The position numbers and the translations under genes are program-made. A stretch of 41,753 nt of DNA from an uncultured euryarchaeote (lineage in GTDB: Archaea > Thermoplasmatota > Poseidoniia > Poseidoniales > Poseidoniaceae), in NCBI GenBank assembly GCA_937899865.1, contig CALBRH010000022.1:1-41753 (forward strand), given 5' to 3'. Of the stretch, positions 16,531-26,149 are shown in pieces. Below the pieces are notes generated by a model that was given only the letters and a program-made list of their open reading frames with translations, did no database searches and was not told where the DNA came from. How positions within the stretch are numbered: position 1 is the stretch's first letter; the number at the start of each line of letters is the position of its first letter.

Positions 16531-18069
16531 GTGTGCGGCATTGTTGGCGTTGTTGGTCGAAAAGGTAGTCATGTAAATCAATTGATTTACGATGGTTTGA
16601 CTGTTTTACAACATCGTGGTCAAGATGCAGCAGGTATAATGACTGAATTTGAGGGCCAGTTTAGGCTCAGGAAATCTAATGGACTAGTACCAAATATATT
16701 CTATACTCGTCACATGCAGAGGCTGCAAGGACACATTGGAATAGGTCATGTAAGGTATCCAACTGCTGGGACATCTTCCAAGGCCGAATCACAGCCATTT
16801 TTCGTTAATTCCCCATATGGTCTGTCAATTGCTCATAATGGGAATCTTACCAATGCGGCAGAATTGAGGAAAATTCTTCGCGATAAATATTTCAGACATA
16901 TGAATACAAAAAGCGATTCAGAAATATTGCTCAATATACTTGCAGTGGAATTGACAAAGTATTCTTCTGACCTGTCAATTGAAGGCGATCCACATCTTGA
17001 CATAGAAACCGTATTCAATGCTATTTCTGCATTGAATAAATACGTCAAAGGAGGATATGCTTGCGTTTCAATGATATCTGAATATGGGCTCTTGGCTTTT
17101 CGTGACCCCAATGGAATTAGGCCTCTGATATTTGGTAAGCGTGAATCGGAAGAAGGTACAGAATGGATTGTTGGCAGTGAATCTGTAGCGATTACAGCAC
17201 TTGGCTTTGAAGTTGAGAGAGATTTGGAGCCTGGAGAAGCGATATTTATCTCTTCATCTGGACATTTGTTTTCGAGAATCTGTGCTGAAAAAACAAGCCG
17301 TAACCCATGCATCTTCGAATATGTTTACTTCGCTAGACCAGATTCAGTAATCGATGGTATCTCAGTTTACGAAGCAAGGTTAAATCAAGGTAAAATTTTA
17401 GCTCAAAGGATAGTTGAGGATTGGCCTGATCATGATATTGATGCTGTTATTCCGATTCCAGATTCAGGAAGAATTGCAGCATTGCAGATGGCTAACTCAC
17501 TTGGAGTACCATATCGTGAAGGATTTGTTAAGAATCGATATGTTGGAAGGACATTTATTATGCCGGGACAAGAGTTACGGGAAAAATCTGTACGAAGAAA
17601 ATTAAACACCATAGTGAATGAATTCAAAGGAAAGAATGTATTATTGGTTGATGATTCTATAGTTCGAGGCACTACAAGTAAACAAATTATAGAAATGGCA
17701 AGAGAATCCGGAGCATCAAAGGTATATTTTGCCTCTGCAGCACCTCCAGTAAGATTCCCAAATGTTTACGGAATAGATATGCCTGCTACATCAGAGTTTG
17801 TTGCTAATGGTAGAACTATTGAGGAAATTAATAATCACATAAAGTCAGATAAGTTATTTTATCAAACGCTTGAAGATTTACAAATGTCAACACATAACGC
17901 CAATTCAAGTGATATTGTATTTGATTCAAGTTGTTTTAATGGAGAATATGTTACTGGCGATGTATCAGAAGAATATCTTGCAAGATTGCATGAACAACGA
18001 AATGATGGTGCAAAAATATCTTTTGATGACGACGACCAAATCTTAGATATTCATAATGATTCAAATTGA
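16531..18069 (+). CDS. purF: Amidophosphoribosyltransferase
   Basis: GTG start giving M-CGIVG (catalytic Cys1), [28 protein letters not shown] motif [13 protein letters not shown]; SD GGTGA. Confidence 0.97.
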   Translation: MCGIVGVVGRKGSHVNQLIYDGLTVLQHRGQDAAGIMTEFEGQFRLRKSNGLVPNIFYTRHMQRLQGHIGIGHVRYPTAGTSSKAESQPFFVNSPYGLSIAHNGNLTNAAELRKILRDKYFRHMNTKSDSEILLNILAVELTKYSSDLSIEGDPHLDIETVFNAISALNKYVKGGYACVSMISEYGLLAFRDPNGIRPLIFGKRESEEGTEWIVGSESVAITALGFEVERDLEPGEAIFISSSGHLFSRICAEKTSRNPCIFEYVYFARPDSVIDGISVYEARLNQGKILAQRIVEDWPDHDIDAVIPIPDSGRIAALQMANSLGVPYREGFVKNRYVGRTFIMPGQELREKSVRRKLNTIVNEFKGKNVLLVDDSIVRGTTSKQIIEMARESGASKVYFASAAPPVRFPNVYGIDMPATSEFVANGRTIEEINNHIKSDKLFYQTLEDLQMSTHNANSSDIVFDSSCFNGEYVTGDVSEEYLARLHEQRNDGAKISFDDDDQILDIHNDSN

Positions 18070-18079
18070 TGTGAATTTA

Positions 18080-19015
18080 ATGGTTAATAGTAAGTGGATA
18101 CTTCGTTTCGGAGAATTAGGTCTAAAATCAAAAACTGTTCGAGGTTCATTTCAAAGAGCACTATTGAATAACATGCTTGAGCAAGCAAGAATAGCAAAAA
18201 TAGAGTTGATTGTTGATAAGCAGCGCAGCCAATTCCATGTATATTCTAATTCAGATAAAGATGCAGTAGAAAACTTACTTTGTCACGTTCTCGGTATAGT
18301 TGCAATTGATCGAGTTGAGAAACTGGACTGTGATTATAGTTCAAAATCTATTGCCAAAAGTGTACTGGATAATTCTCCAAATTTTGGTACTAAGCGGACC
18401 TTTGGAGTTAGGGTAAAACGTATGTACAAATTTGGTGATATCAGTTCTAAAGATTATGAAATAGAAATTGGTAGTGAAATGATAGCCTTAGATAACAATT
18501 TATCAGTTAATCTATCCAGTCCAGATGAATGGATAAGGATAATTGTCGATTCTAATGGAGTTTCACGAATAGTTGACAGAATTGAAACAACTGCAGGTTT
18601 GCCTACAGGGGTACAAGGAGATGTTATTGTTAATTTAGTTGATGAGAAAACAATGTTGGAATCTTTTTTGGTAATGAGAAGAGGAGTTAGGCTGATTCCA
18701 GTTCTAGATTCTAAAGAAATCTATATTAAAAAATTAGCAAGATATGATCCGTTTATTGGGCAAAGAACCATGGAAAGAGACCGACATAAATTTAGCCCTA
18801 AAAGGCCAGCTTGGGGTGTTATTGGTCTTAGCATAGAAGATGCTGAACCATTTATTGGTAAACGAGATGATGCGGTAAAAACTACGCCTCTATCAACTCT
18901 ATCGCCTTTAGATGGGTGGGATGATGATGAAATAAACGCTTTAAGGCTGCATTTTGAAGATCCTCAAACACATGGTATTAACCTAAATGTTACAAATTGG
19001 ATAAACAATCATTGA
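18080..19015 (+). CDS. THUMP-domain ThiI-like protein with degenerate catalytic domain
   Basis: ThiI N-terminus LRFGELGLKSKTVR, THUMP (TFGVRVKR, VNLSSPD), GLPTGVQG, but no SGGxDS PP-loop. ATG 18080 preferred over 18056. Confidence 0.8.
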   Translation: MVNSKWILRFGELGLKSKTVRGSFQRALLNNMLEQARIAKIELIVDKQRSQFHVYSNSDKDAVENLLCHVLGIVAIDRVEKLDCDYSSKSIAKSVLDNSPNFGTKRTFGVRVKRMYKFGDISSKDYEIEIGSEMIALDNNLSVNLSSPDEWIRIIVDSNGVSRIVDRIETTAGLPTGVQGDVIVNLVDEKTMLESFLVMRRGVRLIPVLDSKEIYIKKLARYDPFIGQRTMERDRHKFSPKRPAWGVIGLSIEDAEPFIGKRDDAVKTTPLSTLSPLDGWDDDEINALRLHFEDPQTHGINLNVTNWINNH

Positions 19016-19053
19016 GTAGTGACATTAATCATGTCTAAGCAGGTGGAAATGTC

Positions 19054-20607
19054 ATGCTAACTCATGAGGTAAGTGTTGCTTTCAGGCCTCAAACAACAGT
19101 TAGTTCCTTGGCAGTTTCAAAAGATGGTAATTTTCTTGCATGGTCTGAAAAAAATGGCTTAATAAATCTCTCAATCGACGGTAATAAGCCTAATTACACC
19201 TCTATAGAAGGTGATGCTAAAGGGTTATTCTTTCAAAATATTAATTTGATTATAGGTGATGATAATTTTGGCCTAAAATGCCTCGATAAGCAGTGTGAAT
19301 TGATTTGGGAATGTGAAATACCAGGCGGCATATCACTGATTGAAAAGTGTCAAGATTTCATAGCAGTAGTAGATAATCTAGGTAGATTATCAATAGTTAG
19401 TTATAATGGAAAAATAACCAATAATAATCTTGAATTTACTTCAATAATTAAATTACTATCATCAAAAAATTGCGTAATAATTGTTCAAGAAGATGGTTCA
19501 GTATACTGTTTTGATGGGCAACAAGTAATTTGGAATAGACCCTCTCGTGGCGAAGTCGGTGAAGCAATAACCGCAGTAGGAATTGATTCTTTCGAGAATT
19601 TAATCATCGGTAGAGAGGGTTATGCCTTGGTTCCTGGAGATGAGGAAGCATTAGAAATAGAGGTTTGGGATGTATATCACAATGAACTAATTCTACGTGA
19701 TGAAATAAAAAATAGATTGATTGTAACAGTTTCTAATTCAATAGATACATATCTTGGTTTTGATGATGGAGCAATCCATTCATTAGAACGATTGGATGAT
19801 GGTAAATACAATTTATCGGATAAAATATTTGATTGTAAATATCCAGTTAAGACTCTAAATATTGCTAATGATTGTGTAGTTGCTGGATCTTGGTTCTATC
19901 TTCATGGAATTACAATGAGTGGTGATAATTGGATGGTTGAACACCAAGGAATTATACAATATTCAGCTTATTGTATTGCGAAAAATACATTCTATTTTGC
20001 TGGTGATGATCAAAATGATTACACTGGTATTGAACCAATAGGAGTGATTGATTTATCATCAAAGTTATTGGAAAGGGATAAGTCTGAATTAACCTTATGG
20101 TTTGAATTATCAGAACAGAATAATAAATTAAGTGCTGAAGAAATTTATTCAGATGACGATAAACTAGAGTCGCTAATTTCGATTGAAGAACAATCGCAAT
20201 TGAAGTTTCACGATGATGATTTGAACAATTTATTAACAGCCTTAGAAGGAGATGACGAGCAATTACTTGAGGACGTAGATAAAGAAAAATTAGTTGGAGA
20301 TAATTTGTTAGAAGAATTGTTAGATGAAGTAAAAATAACAGATTTACCGATAGCTAATGCAGGAGATGATTGTGTCTATGATTGTGGGGATGAAAATCAT
20401 TCAATTATTGTTCTTGATAGTAGTAACACATCTGGAGATAAGAGTAAGATTGTAAGTTATTCTTGGATTGATGATTCAGGTAAAGAGATCTCCAATCTTC
20501 CAAAACTTAGAGTTAAATTAGCCAGAGGGAAATATCGTTTTGAGCTTAGAATAATCGATAATGATGGTAATTCAACTTTGGATTCAATACAAGTGGAAGT
20601 GATTTAA
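19054..20607 (+). CDS. Beta-propeller (WD40/PQQ-like) protein with acidic linker and C-terminal PKD-like domain
   Basis: Repeating blade-like strands (SSLAVSKDGNFLAW, IWECEIPG, VIWNRP); D/E-rich linker; PIANAGDD...SYSW...LRIIDNDG PKD pattern. Confidence 0.75.
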   Translation: MLTHEVSVAFRPQTTVSSLAVSKDGNFLAWSEKNGLINLSIDGNKPNYTSIEGDAKGLFFQNINLIIGDDNFGLKCLDKQCELIWECEIPGGISLIEKCQDFIAVVDNLGRLSIVSYNGKITNNNLEFTSIIKLLSSKNCVIIVQEDGSVYCFDGQQVIWNRPSRGEVGEAITAVGIDSFENLIIGREGYALVPGDEEALEIEVWDVYHNELILRDEIKNRLIVTVSNSIDTYLGFDDGAIHSLERLDDGKYNLSDKIFDCKYPVKTLNIANDCVVAGSWFYLHGITMSGDNWMVEHQGIIQYSAYCIAKNTFYFAGDDQNDYTGIEPIGVIDLSSKLLERDKSELTLWFELSEQNNKLSAEEIYSDDDKLESLISIEEQSQLKFHDDDLNNLLTALEGDDEQLLEDVDKEKLVGDNLLEELLDEVKITDLPIANAGDDCVYDCGDENHSIIVLDSSNTSGDKSKIVSYSWIDDSGKEISNLPKLRVKLARGKYRFELRIIDNDGNSTLDSIQVEVI

Positions 20608-20608
20608 A

Positions 20609-21364
20609 ATGAAAAAAGATAATCTGTGGATAGAGTCATTTGTCGTCGGCGCATTATCAATGAGATGTTCAGTAATAACTGATTTGTCAAGCGGAGATAC
20701 TGTGATTATTGATGGGGGAGCAGAATCATCTCGACTTATTGATTGGATTAACGATTTTAGGGGACAAGGACCTGACTGGTCTAACGGTCCTAAAAATCAT
20801 GAAGAATTATCCAAATACGGACTTTCTAATCGTAATGTAATAGCTTTAGTAAATACTCATGCTCATTTTGACCACTCAGGAGAAATACCCTTTTTGCTTA
20901 ATGAATATGATGTAAGTTGGTACTTACATAAAGATGATTTTTATTTGCAAAGCATTGTTCAATTATCTGCTAGAAGATGGGGTTTTGAGTTGCCAGAACC
21001 GGCAATTGCAGACGAGTTGTTACACGATGAAATGGAATTGAAATTAGGTTCATTTACATTCAAAATACTTCATACACCAGGTCATACTCTTGGAGGTTGT
21101 TGCATTTTGTTAGATGTTGAAGATGACGTCAGCCATATTTTCGTAGGCGATACATTGTTTGCAGGTTCTGTTGGCAGAACCGATTTACCTAATTCGGGTG
21201 GTGATTTTGAATTACTTGCTAATTCAATAATTACAAAATTATGGCCACTAGACCCATCAACTATTGTCCATCCAGGGCATGGGCCAAAAACTACAATTGG
21301 CACTGAAAAAACTACAAACCCATATGTTGGAGTAAGTAATCCTTCATTTGGTAAATATCACTGA
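20609..21364 (+). CDS. Metallo-beta-lactamase fold hydrolase (glyoxalase II-like)
   Basis: THAHFDH (HxHxDH), HTPGHT, GDTLF, PGHG. Confidence 0.92.
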   Translation: MKKDNLWIESFVVGALSMRCSVITDLSSGDTVIIDGGAESSRLIDWINDFRGQGPDWSNGPKNHEELSKYGLSNRNVIALVNTHAHFDHSGEIPFLLNEYDVSWYLHKDDFYLQSIVQLSARRWGFELPEPAIADELLHDEMELKLGSFTFKILHTPGHTLGGCCILLDVEDDVSHIFVGDTLFAGSVGRTDLPNSGGDFELLANSIITKLWPLDPSTIVHPGHGPKTTIGTEKTTNPYVGVSNPSFGKYH

Positions 21365-22303
21365 TTAACCTAACAAGTTAGATAGTGAACTGCTAAGTAC
21401 TGGAAGTGCATCTTCCCAAGTAGCAACAATGCCATAATCTGCATGTTGGAAAATAGGTGCGTCAGCATCTTTGTTAATTGCTACTATATACTTTGATGAT
21501 CTCATACCGGCAAGATGTTGAATTGCTCCAGATATACCAACTGCGATATACAGATTAGGATTTACTGTTTTACCAGTTTGACCTACTTGCATTGAATGAG
21601 GTATTTCATCCCATGTGTCGACTGCAGCTCTTGATGCTCCAACTGCAGCACCGAGTTTATCAGCAATTTCCTCGAGGTGGCTAAAGTTTCCTGGATTACC
21701 CATACCTCTGCCACCAGAAATAATGATGTTTGCTTCTGAAACATCCAATCTTTCTGAAGCTCTTTGAACCATTTCTTTGAGTGCAGTAGTAACGTTTCCT
21801 GATGTATCAATAACTTGAACATCGCCACTTCCAGAGTTATCAGCAGGAGTAAACACATTAGCACGAATTGAAACAACAGCATCACTAGATAACTTGACCA
21901 TTTGCATTGCCTTTCCAGAATAAATTGGACTTGTCAATACGGTTCCATCATTACTTATCTCAACAACATCTTGAACAACTGATATTGATCTTCTTGCAGC
22001 AAGTCTTGCTGCCAAATCTTTTGATTGTGTAGAAGCAGAGGTGACTATGATGCCACTTGGTGAGACAGAATCAAGTGCCTCCGCCCATGCTGCAGCATCA
22101 TAGTTAGAGAAAATTCCAGATTTGGCTGCAATGATTTTTGAGACTCCAGATATGCTACTAGCATCATTTGCGATAGCTGAATCGTTGCATGGTACCACAA
22201 GGGTACAATTGGAACCCAATTGGTTTGCAGCGGTTACAAGTTCATTTGTTGTAGCACTAATTTTTCCTTTTGATAATTCTGCAATTACTATTGTATCTGA
22301 CAT
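21365..22303 (-). CDS. etfA: Electron transfer flavoprotein alpha subunit
   Basis: ISGGRGMG, GAAVGASRAAVD, QVGQTGKTV, LYIAVGISGAIQHLAGM. Confidence 0.97.
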   Translation of the reverse strand: MSDTIVIAELSKGKISATTNELVTAANQLGSNCTLVVPCNDSAIANDASSISGVSKIIAAKSGIFSNYDAAAWAEALDSVSPSGIIVTSASTQSKDLAARLAARRSISVVQDVVEISNDGTVLTSPIYSGKAMQMVKLSSDAVVSIRANVFTPADNSGSGDVQVIDTSGNVTTALKEMVQRASERLDVSEANIIISGGRGMGNPGNFSHLEEIADKLGAAVGASRAAVDTWDEIPHSMQVGQTGKTVNPNLYIAVGISGAIQHLAGMRSSKYIVAINKDADAPIFQHADYGIVATWEDALPVLSSSLSNLLG

Positions 22304-22312
22304 TTTTTCACC

Positions 22313-23047
22313 TCAAATTACGTTTGCCTCATCCCTAAGTAGTTGAGCAACTGTTTCTGCTGATGCTCCACCTTCGAACTTTTTACCTGCAGGTTTTGCT
22401 GGAGGCATAACATGAGAAACAATCGTGATAGATGCTTCAGGAGGGCTTACTGACTTAACTTCAACCTGTGCTTTTTTGGCCATCATGATTCCTTTTACAT
22501 TTGATTTTCTAACCTTTGTTGCACCTTTGTCACAACTTACAACTGCAGGTAGAGTGACTGAAATTATTGCATTACCACCTTCTGCCGGAGATGTTACAGT
22601 AAGACCATTTTCAAATTTAATATCAATAATATTTGACACAGAACACCATCCAAGTCTTTCAGCAATACCTGGCCCAGTTGAACCAGCACCAGAATCAGCA
22701 GCAGATTTACCACAATATACTACATCATAGCCACCAGATGATATTTCATTGGCAAGCACGGATTGTAAACCATTTGAGTCCATGAAACCATCGTAATCCA
22801 ATCTTACTATATTGTCTACTCCCAACGCTTTTACTCCTTTCAAAACCTTATCTGCACCGGGTCCTCCTAATGTTATAGCAGTAACAGTACCGCCACTGGA
22901 ATCCTTGTGTTGCAATGCATTTTCTACTGCAAACTCATCGTATGGACTAATGTCCATTTTTACACTGGATAAGTCGACCCTATCTCCTGCAATTTGTATT
23001 TTAGAATTAGTATCTGGAACTTGTTTAACTAATACTGCAATATTCAC
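22313..23047 (-). CDS. etfB: Electron transfer flavoprotein beta subunit
   Basis: IAVLVKQVPD, PYDEFAVE, CGKSAAD. Start moved to GTG 23047 (or 23050) after GGTGA. Confidence 0.95.
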   Translation of the reverse strand: MNIAVLVKQVPDTNSKIQIAGDRVDLSSVKMDISPYDEFAVENALQHKDSSGGTVTAITLGGPGADKVLKGVKALGVDNIVRLDYDGFMDSNGLQSVLANEISSGGYDVVYCGKSAADSGAGSTGPGIAERLGWCSVSNIIDIKFENGLTVTSPAEGGNAIISVTLPAVVSCDKGATKVRKSNVKGIMMAKKAQVEVKSVSPPEASITIVSHVMPPAKPAGKKFEGGASAETVAQLLRDEANVI

Positions 23048-23133
23048 CACTACATCACCAATAAGTAATCGTAGAGAATTAGATTGATGAACATTTGTAT
23101 TCACCAAATATTGCAAAAGCAATGAATAGATAG

Positions 23134-24285
23134 TTATTTTTTGTTTACTATTTCATTAACTCTTTCAAGCAATTCAGGGCTATTTTCAAAGTGCTGTGCA
23201 ACTTTTTCTAATCCACGGGAAATACCATCAGCAACACCGAATTTAGCATCCAATGGGTGTAGAGTGCCATTCATCACAGCCTGTTTAAATTCATTCAAAT
23301 CAGTCCATGTTGATGGTTCACCGAATTTTGGATTTGGCGTGACAATTATTTCACCAAATTCAGGCAAAATTACATGTTCTGCAAGTTCGTAAATTGGTGA
23401 ATTTTCATCTTCTGTATTTAGATAAGCATGCTTTTGCATTTTCTTTCGTAATTGTTTTGGCTCATCATGAATTAATATAGCCCCTCCTGGATCGGATTTG
23501 CTCATTTTATGGTCAAAACTTTCCATCCTTGAACCACTTGCTTTCAATGAAGAAATAATTGGAGTGTGTAAGCAAGTAGCCTTTCTCCAACCATACTTAC
23601 TCGCTACGTCACGCATAAACATATGGGCTTTTCTTTGATCCATTCCTCCAATTGCAATATCTATGTTTAACTCAAAGATATCACTAGCTTGCATTGCGGG
23701 ATAGAAGAACTTCGACAAATCATGGTCAGAAGAAGCCTCATCTCTACCCATAATCGTGAAAGTTTTTCTAACCATGGCTAGTGTTGCTCCTTTTGAACAT
23801 CTTAAAACTCGAGCCCAGTAGTTTCCACTATCCATAAGTTCAGATGCATAATAGAATCTTAATTCACCTGGACCATCGCCTTCTGGAGGATAGTCTAAAA
23901 GCGCTCTAAATGTTTCTTCCATATAACGTGCAGTGAGTTGAATATTTTCCATACTACCATTGAATTTATCATTTATCCAAGCGTGCCAATCAGCAAGGAA
24001 AACCAATACATTAACATCAGCTTCTAACATTCTTTTCAATTGTAGTGAGAGAACTTTCCATCCAATATGCGCTTTCCCTGATGGTTCAAAACCAACATAG
24101 CATCTTAGAACACCGTCGCCACCAGCACTGACTCCATCAGCCACACAATCAACTAGGTAATCTAGGCCGACAGTTTCTTCTACAGAACCAATAATCTTGT
24201 GAATTCGCTCTCGTTGTGAATTGTTTAAATCATTTATTCGAGGACATTTTTCTTGATATTGAATCATCATTTGTTCAATATCCAT
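23134..24285 (-). CDS. tyrS: Tyrosyl-tRNA synthetase (archaeal type)
   Basis: YVGFEPSGKAHIG (HIGH), FLADWHAWIN, YPAMQASD, GGMDQRKAHM, KMSKS, LHPLDAK. Confidence 0.96.
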   Translation of the reverse strand: MDIEQMMIQYQEKCPRINDLNNSQRERIHKIIGSVEETVGLDYLVDCVADGVSAGGDGVLRCYVGFEPSGKAHIGWKVLSLQLKRMLEADVNVLVFLADWHAWINDKFNGSMENIQLTARYMEETFRALLDYPPEGDGPGELRFYYASELMDSGNYWARVLRCSKGATLAMVRKTFTIMGRDEASSDHDLSKFFYPAMQASDIFELNIDIAIGGMDQRKAHMFMRDVASKYGWRKATCLHTPIISSLKASGSRMESFDHKMSKSDPGGAILIHDEPKQLRKKMQKHAYLNTEDENSPIYELAEHVILPEFGEIIVTPNPKFGEPSTWTDLNEFKQAVMNGTLHPLDAKFGVADGISRGLEKVAQHFENSPELLERVNEIVNKK

Positions 24286-24296
24286 AAATCATCACC

Positions 24297-24821
24297 TCAA
24301 AATAAATCATTTAGTTTCTTTACCTTGCCTTCTGATGGTGCTTCACCATTTTCTACCATTGATTCTAATTCAGCGATCATTGTCAGAGCCTTTTGTTTAA
24401 TTTCATCAGTCAATTTAGTACTCATTTCCATTGACTTGTGAGCCATCTTAATTGCTGACTTTGCCTTAGAGAATTTCTTTGCTTCTTCTTTGGCTTTGTC
24501 GCCTCTTTGCTTGGCATTATATCCAGTTGCTTTATCCAAGAATCCCGACCAGCGTTTTCTTGATTCCATGGCTTGTTCTCTTCCACCTTCGCCATTCAAG
24601 AATTCACCAAGAGCATCACCTTTCAACTGTTCGACATCAACAACTAATTTTCCGTCACTATCGAAATGTCCCTGAACTTTGGTTAGAATACCAAATGAGG
24701 CAACAAATACACCTTCTGAGTCAGCATTTACACCATCAAAATATTCCGTTGCTAATTTAGCAAGCCCTGCATTTCCACCAATCTGTTTAACAAGCCCACG
24801 CTTTACTGAGAATTTCTCCAT
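24297..24821 (-). CDS. Conserved archaeal protein, DUF5611-like, with C-terminal helical extension
   Basis: MEKFSVKRG...ASFG...FLDKATGYNAKQR resembles my recollection of DUF5611; start ATG 24821. Confidence 0.7.
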   Translation of the reverse strand: MEKFSVKRGLVKQIGGNAGLAKLATEYFDGVNADSEGVFVASFGILTKVQGHFDSDGKLVVDVEQLKGDALGEFLNGEGGREQAMESRKRWSGFLDKATGYNAKQRGDKAKEEAKKFSKAKSAIKMAHKSMEMSTKLTDEIKQKALTMIAELESMVENGEAPSEGKVKKLNDLF

Positions 24822-24910
24822 GAGCAAGGCCAAAACTCCATTGAACATAAGGCTCACCGTCAAAAAAGGCCGAAGAGAAATATTTTGATTAAGCACTTTG
24901 TGGAGGAGTC

Positions 24911-26086
24911 GTGCGAGTCAATTACATTTTGCCAATTTCACTGATAATGATTCTTTTACTCCCTATTGTAATTGCTGAGAGTAAACAAGTAGATTTGTCA
25001 TTGGAATCATCAATTGCTAATTATGATCTAGGTATTTCCACAGCCTCAGTTTCTCCTGATGGTGAATCAGTATTATTGATTGGTAATGAGGGATATGCGC
25101 ATTTAATTTCAGCAAAAAATGCTGGTGACCGTTCACTAGATGTAGAATTGAATAGCGCAAGAGAACACGATTTCAATGATGTGTCTTGGCACCCTAGAGG
25201 TGAGGCGGCATTGATTGCAGGAGATTTTGGTACGGCTATGAGGTATGAGAAAATTGATCACAGTATCACGATAGTCAATGGTACGGGGTCAATTTTAGGT
25301 AGAGATATGAGTGCAGTTGAATGGCGTAGTGCAGGGGATTATGCTTATTTCGCAGCAAAAGATGGCGAGGTTTGGCGCTTTTCAGAGGGAACAGGTTTCA
25401 TGAGTCTTGGCAATAATGCTAATTCTGAAATAACTGGGATTTCATGTCATATTAACTATGATATTTGTGTTGTATCCACTCTTTCCAGTGGCTTGGGAGT
25501 AATTGGTGCAACTCATAACTTAACATGGATTAGTGGAACTAAAACAGACACTTGGATTGATGTTGATTGCCCAGATGCCCAATTAAACGAATGTGTTGCT
25601 TTCGGTAGTGGTCTTAGAATGATTTCTATTCAACTAAATACCGTAGACCATACTAAATCTTCAGTCGGAGACATGGTAGAATATAGGACATTAGAGGGTG
25701 ATTTTATTGCTTCATCAAGAGGCTATTCTAGTACTTCCATAATCTATCTTGCACCTTCATCAACGGTTAGATATGACTCAGTTGACGATATTGCCAAAGT
25801 TCAAATCTCATCAACACAGTTTAGTGATTGGGATTCAGTCATCTCCGGAAGGCAGATTTCCTATGTTTGGGAAAACAATTTCAATAGCGGTTTCCTTTTG
25901 ACATCCAACGGTAATATAGTTTCATTTGAACCCCATGAAGTTCAGATTGACAATAGCATGATGACAACAATAATTTTAGTGGCAGTATCTGTTTCTGTGC
26001 CTGGAGTAATTTTGGGATTAATCTACATGAATAGTCCTTTTTTACAAAGAAAATATAACCAGTTTAGGAAGAAAATTAAGAAATGA
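24911..26086 (+). CDS. Secreted, C-terminally anchored WD40-like beta-propeller protein
   Basis: Signal peptide (MRVNYILPISLIMILLLPIVIA), blades (SVSPDGESVLLIG, VSWHPRGEAALIAG, VEWRSAGDYAYFA), C-terminal TM and basic tail. Confidence 0.8.
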   Translation: MRVNYILPISLIMILLLPIVIAESKQVDLSLESSIANYDLGISTASVSPDGESVLLIGNEGYAHLISAKNAGDRSLDVELNSAREHDFNDVSWHPRGEAALIAGDFGTAMRYEKIDHSITIVNGTGSILGRDMSAVEWRSAGDYAYFAAKDGEVWRFSEGTGFMSLGNNANSEITGISCHINYDICVVSTLSSGLGVIGATHNLTWISGTKTDTWIDVDCPDAQLNECVAFGSGLRMISIQLNTVDHTKSSVGDMVEYRTLEGDFIASSRGYSSTSIIYLAPSSTVRYDSVDDIAKVQISSTQFSDWDSVISGRQISYVWENNFNSGFLLTSNGNIVSFEPHEVQIDNSMMTTIILVAVSVSVPGVILGLIYMNSPFLQRKYNQFRKKIKK

Positions 26087-26149
26087 CCTTCTTCTAAACG
26101 TAGTTAGGTTATTGAAGCGCCTATGACCCCGACGAAATGGGGAGAACAC

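Noticed and set aside
18056-19015. Calling this gene a functional thiI or a pseudogene
   Set aside because: The PP-loop and catalytic Cys are absent, so it is not a canonical ThiI; the frame is intact and full length, so a pseudogene call is unsupported.
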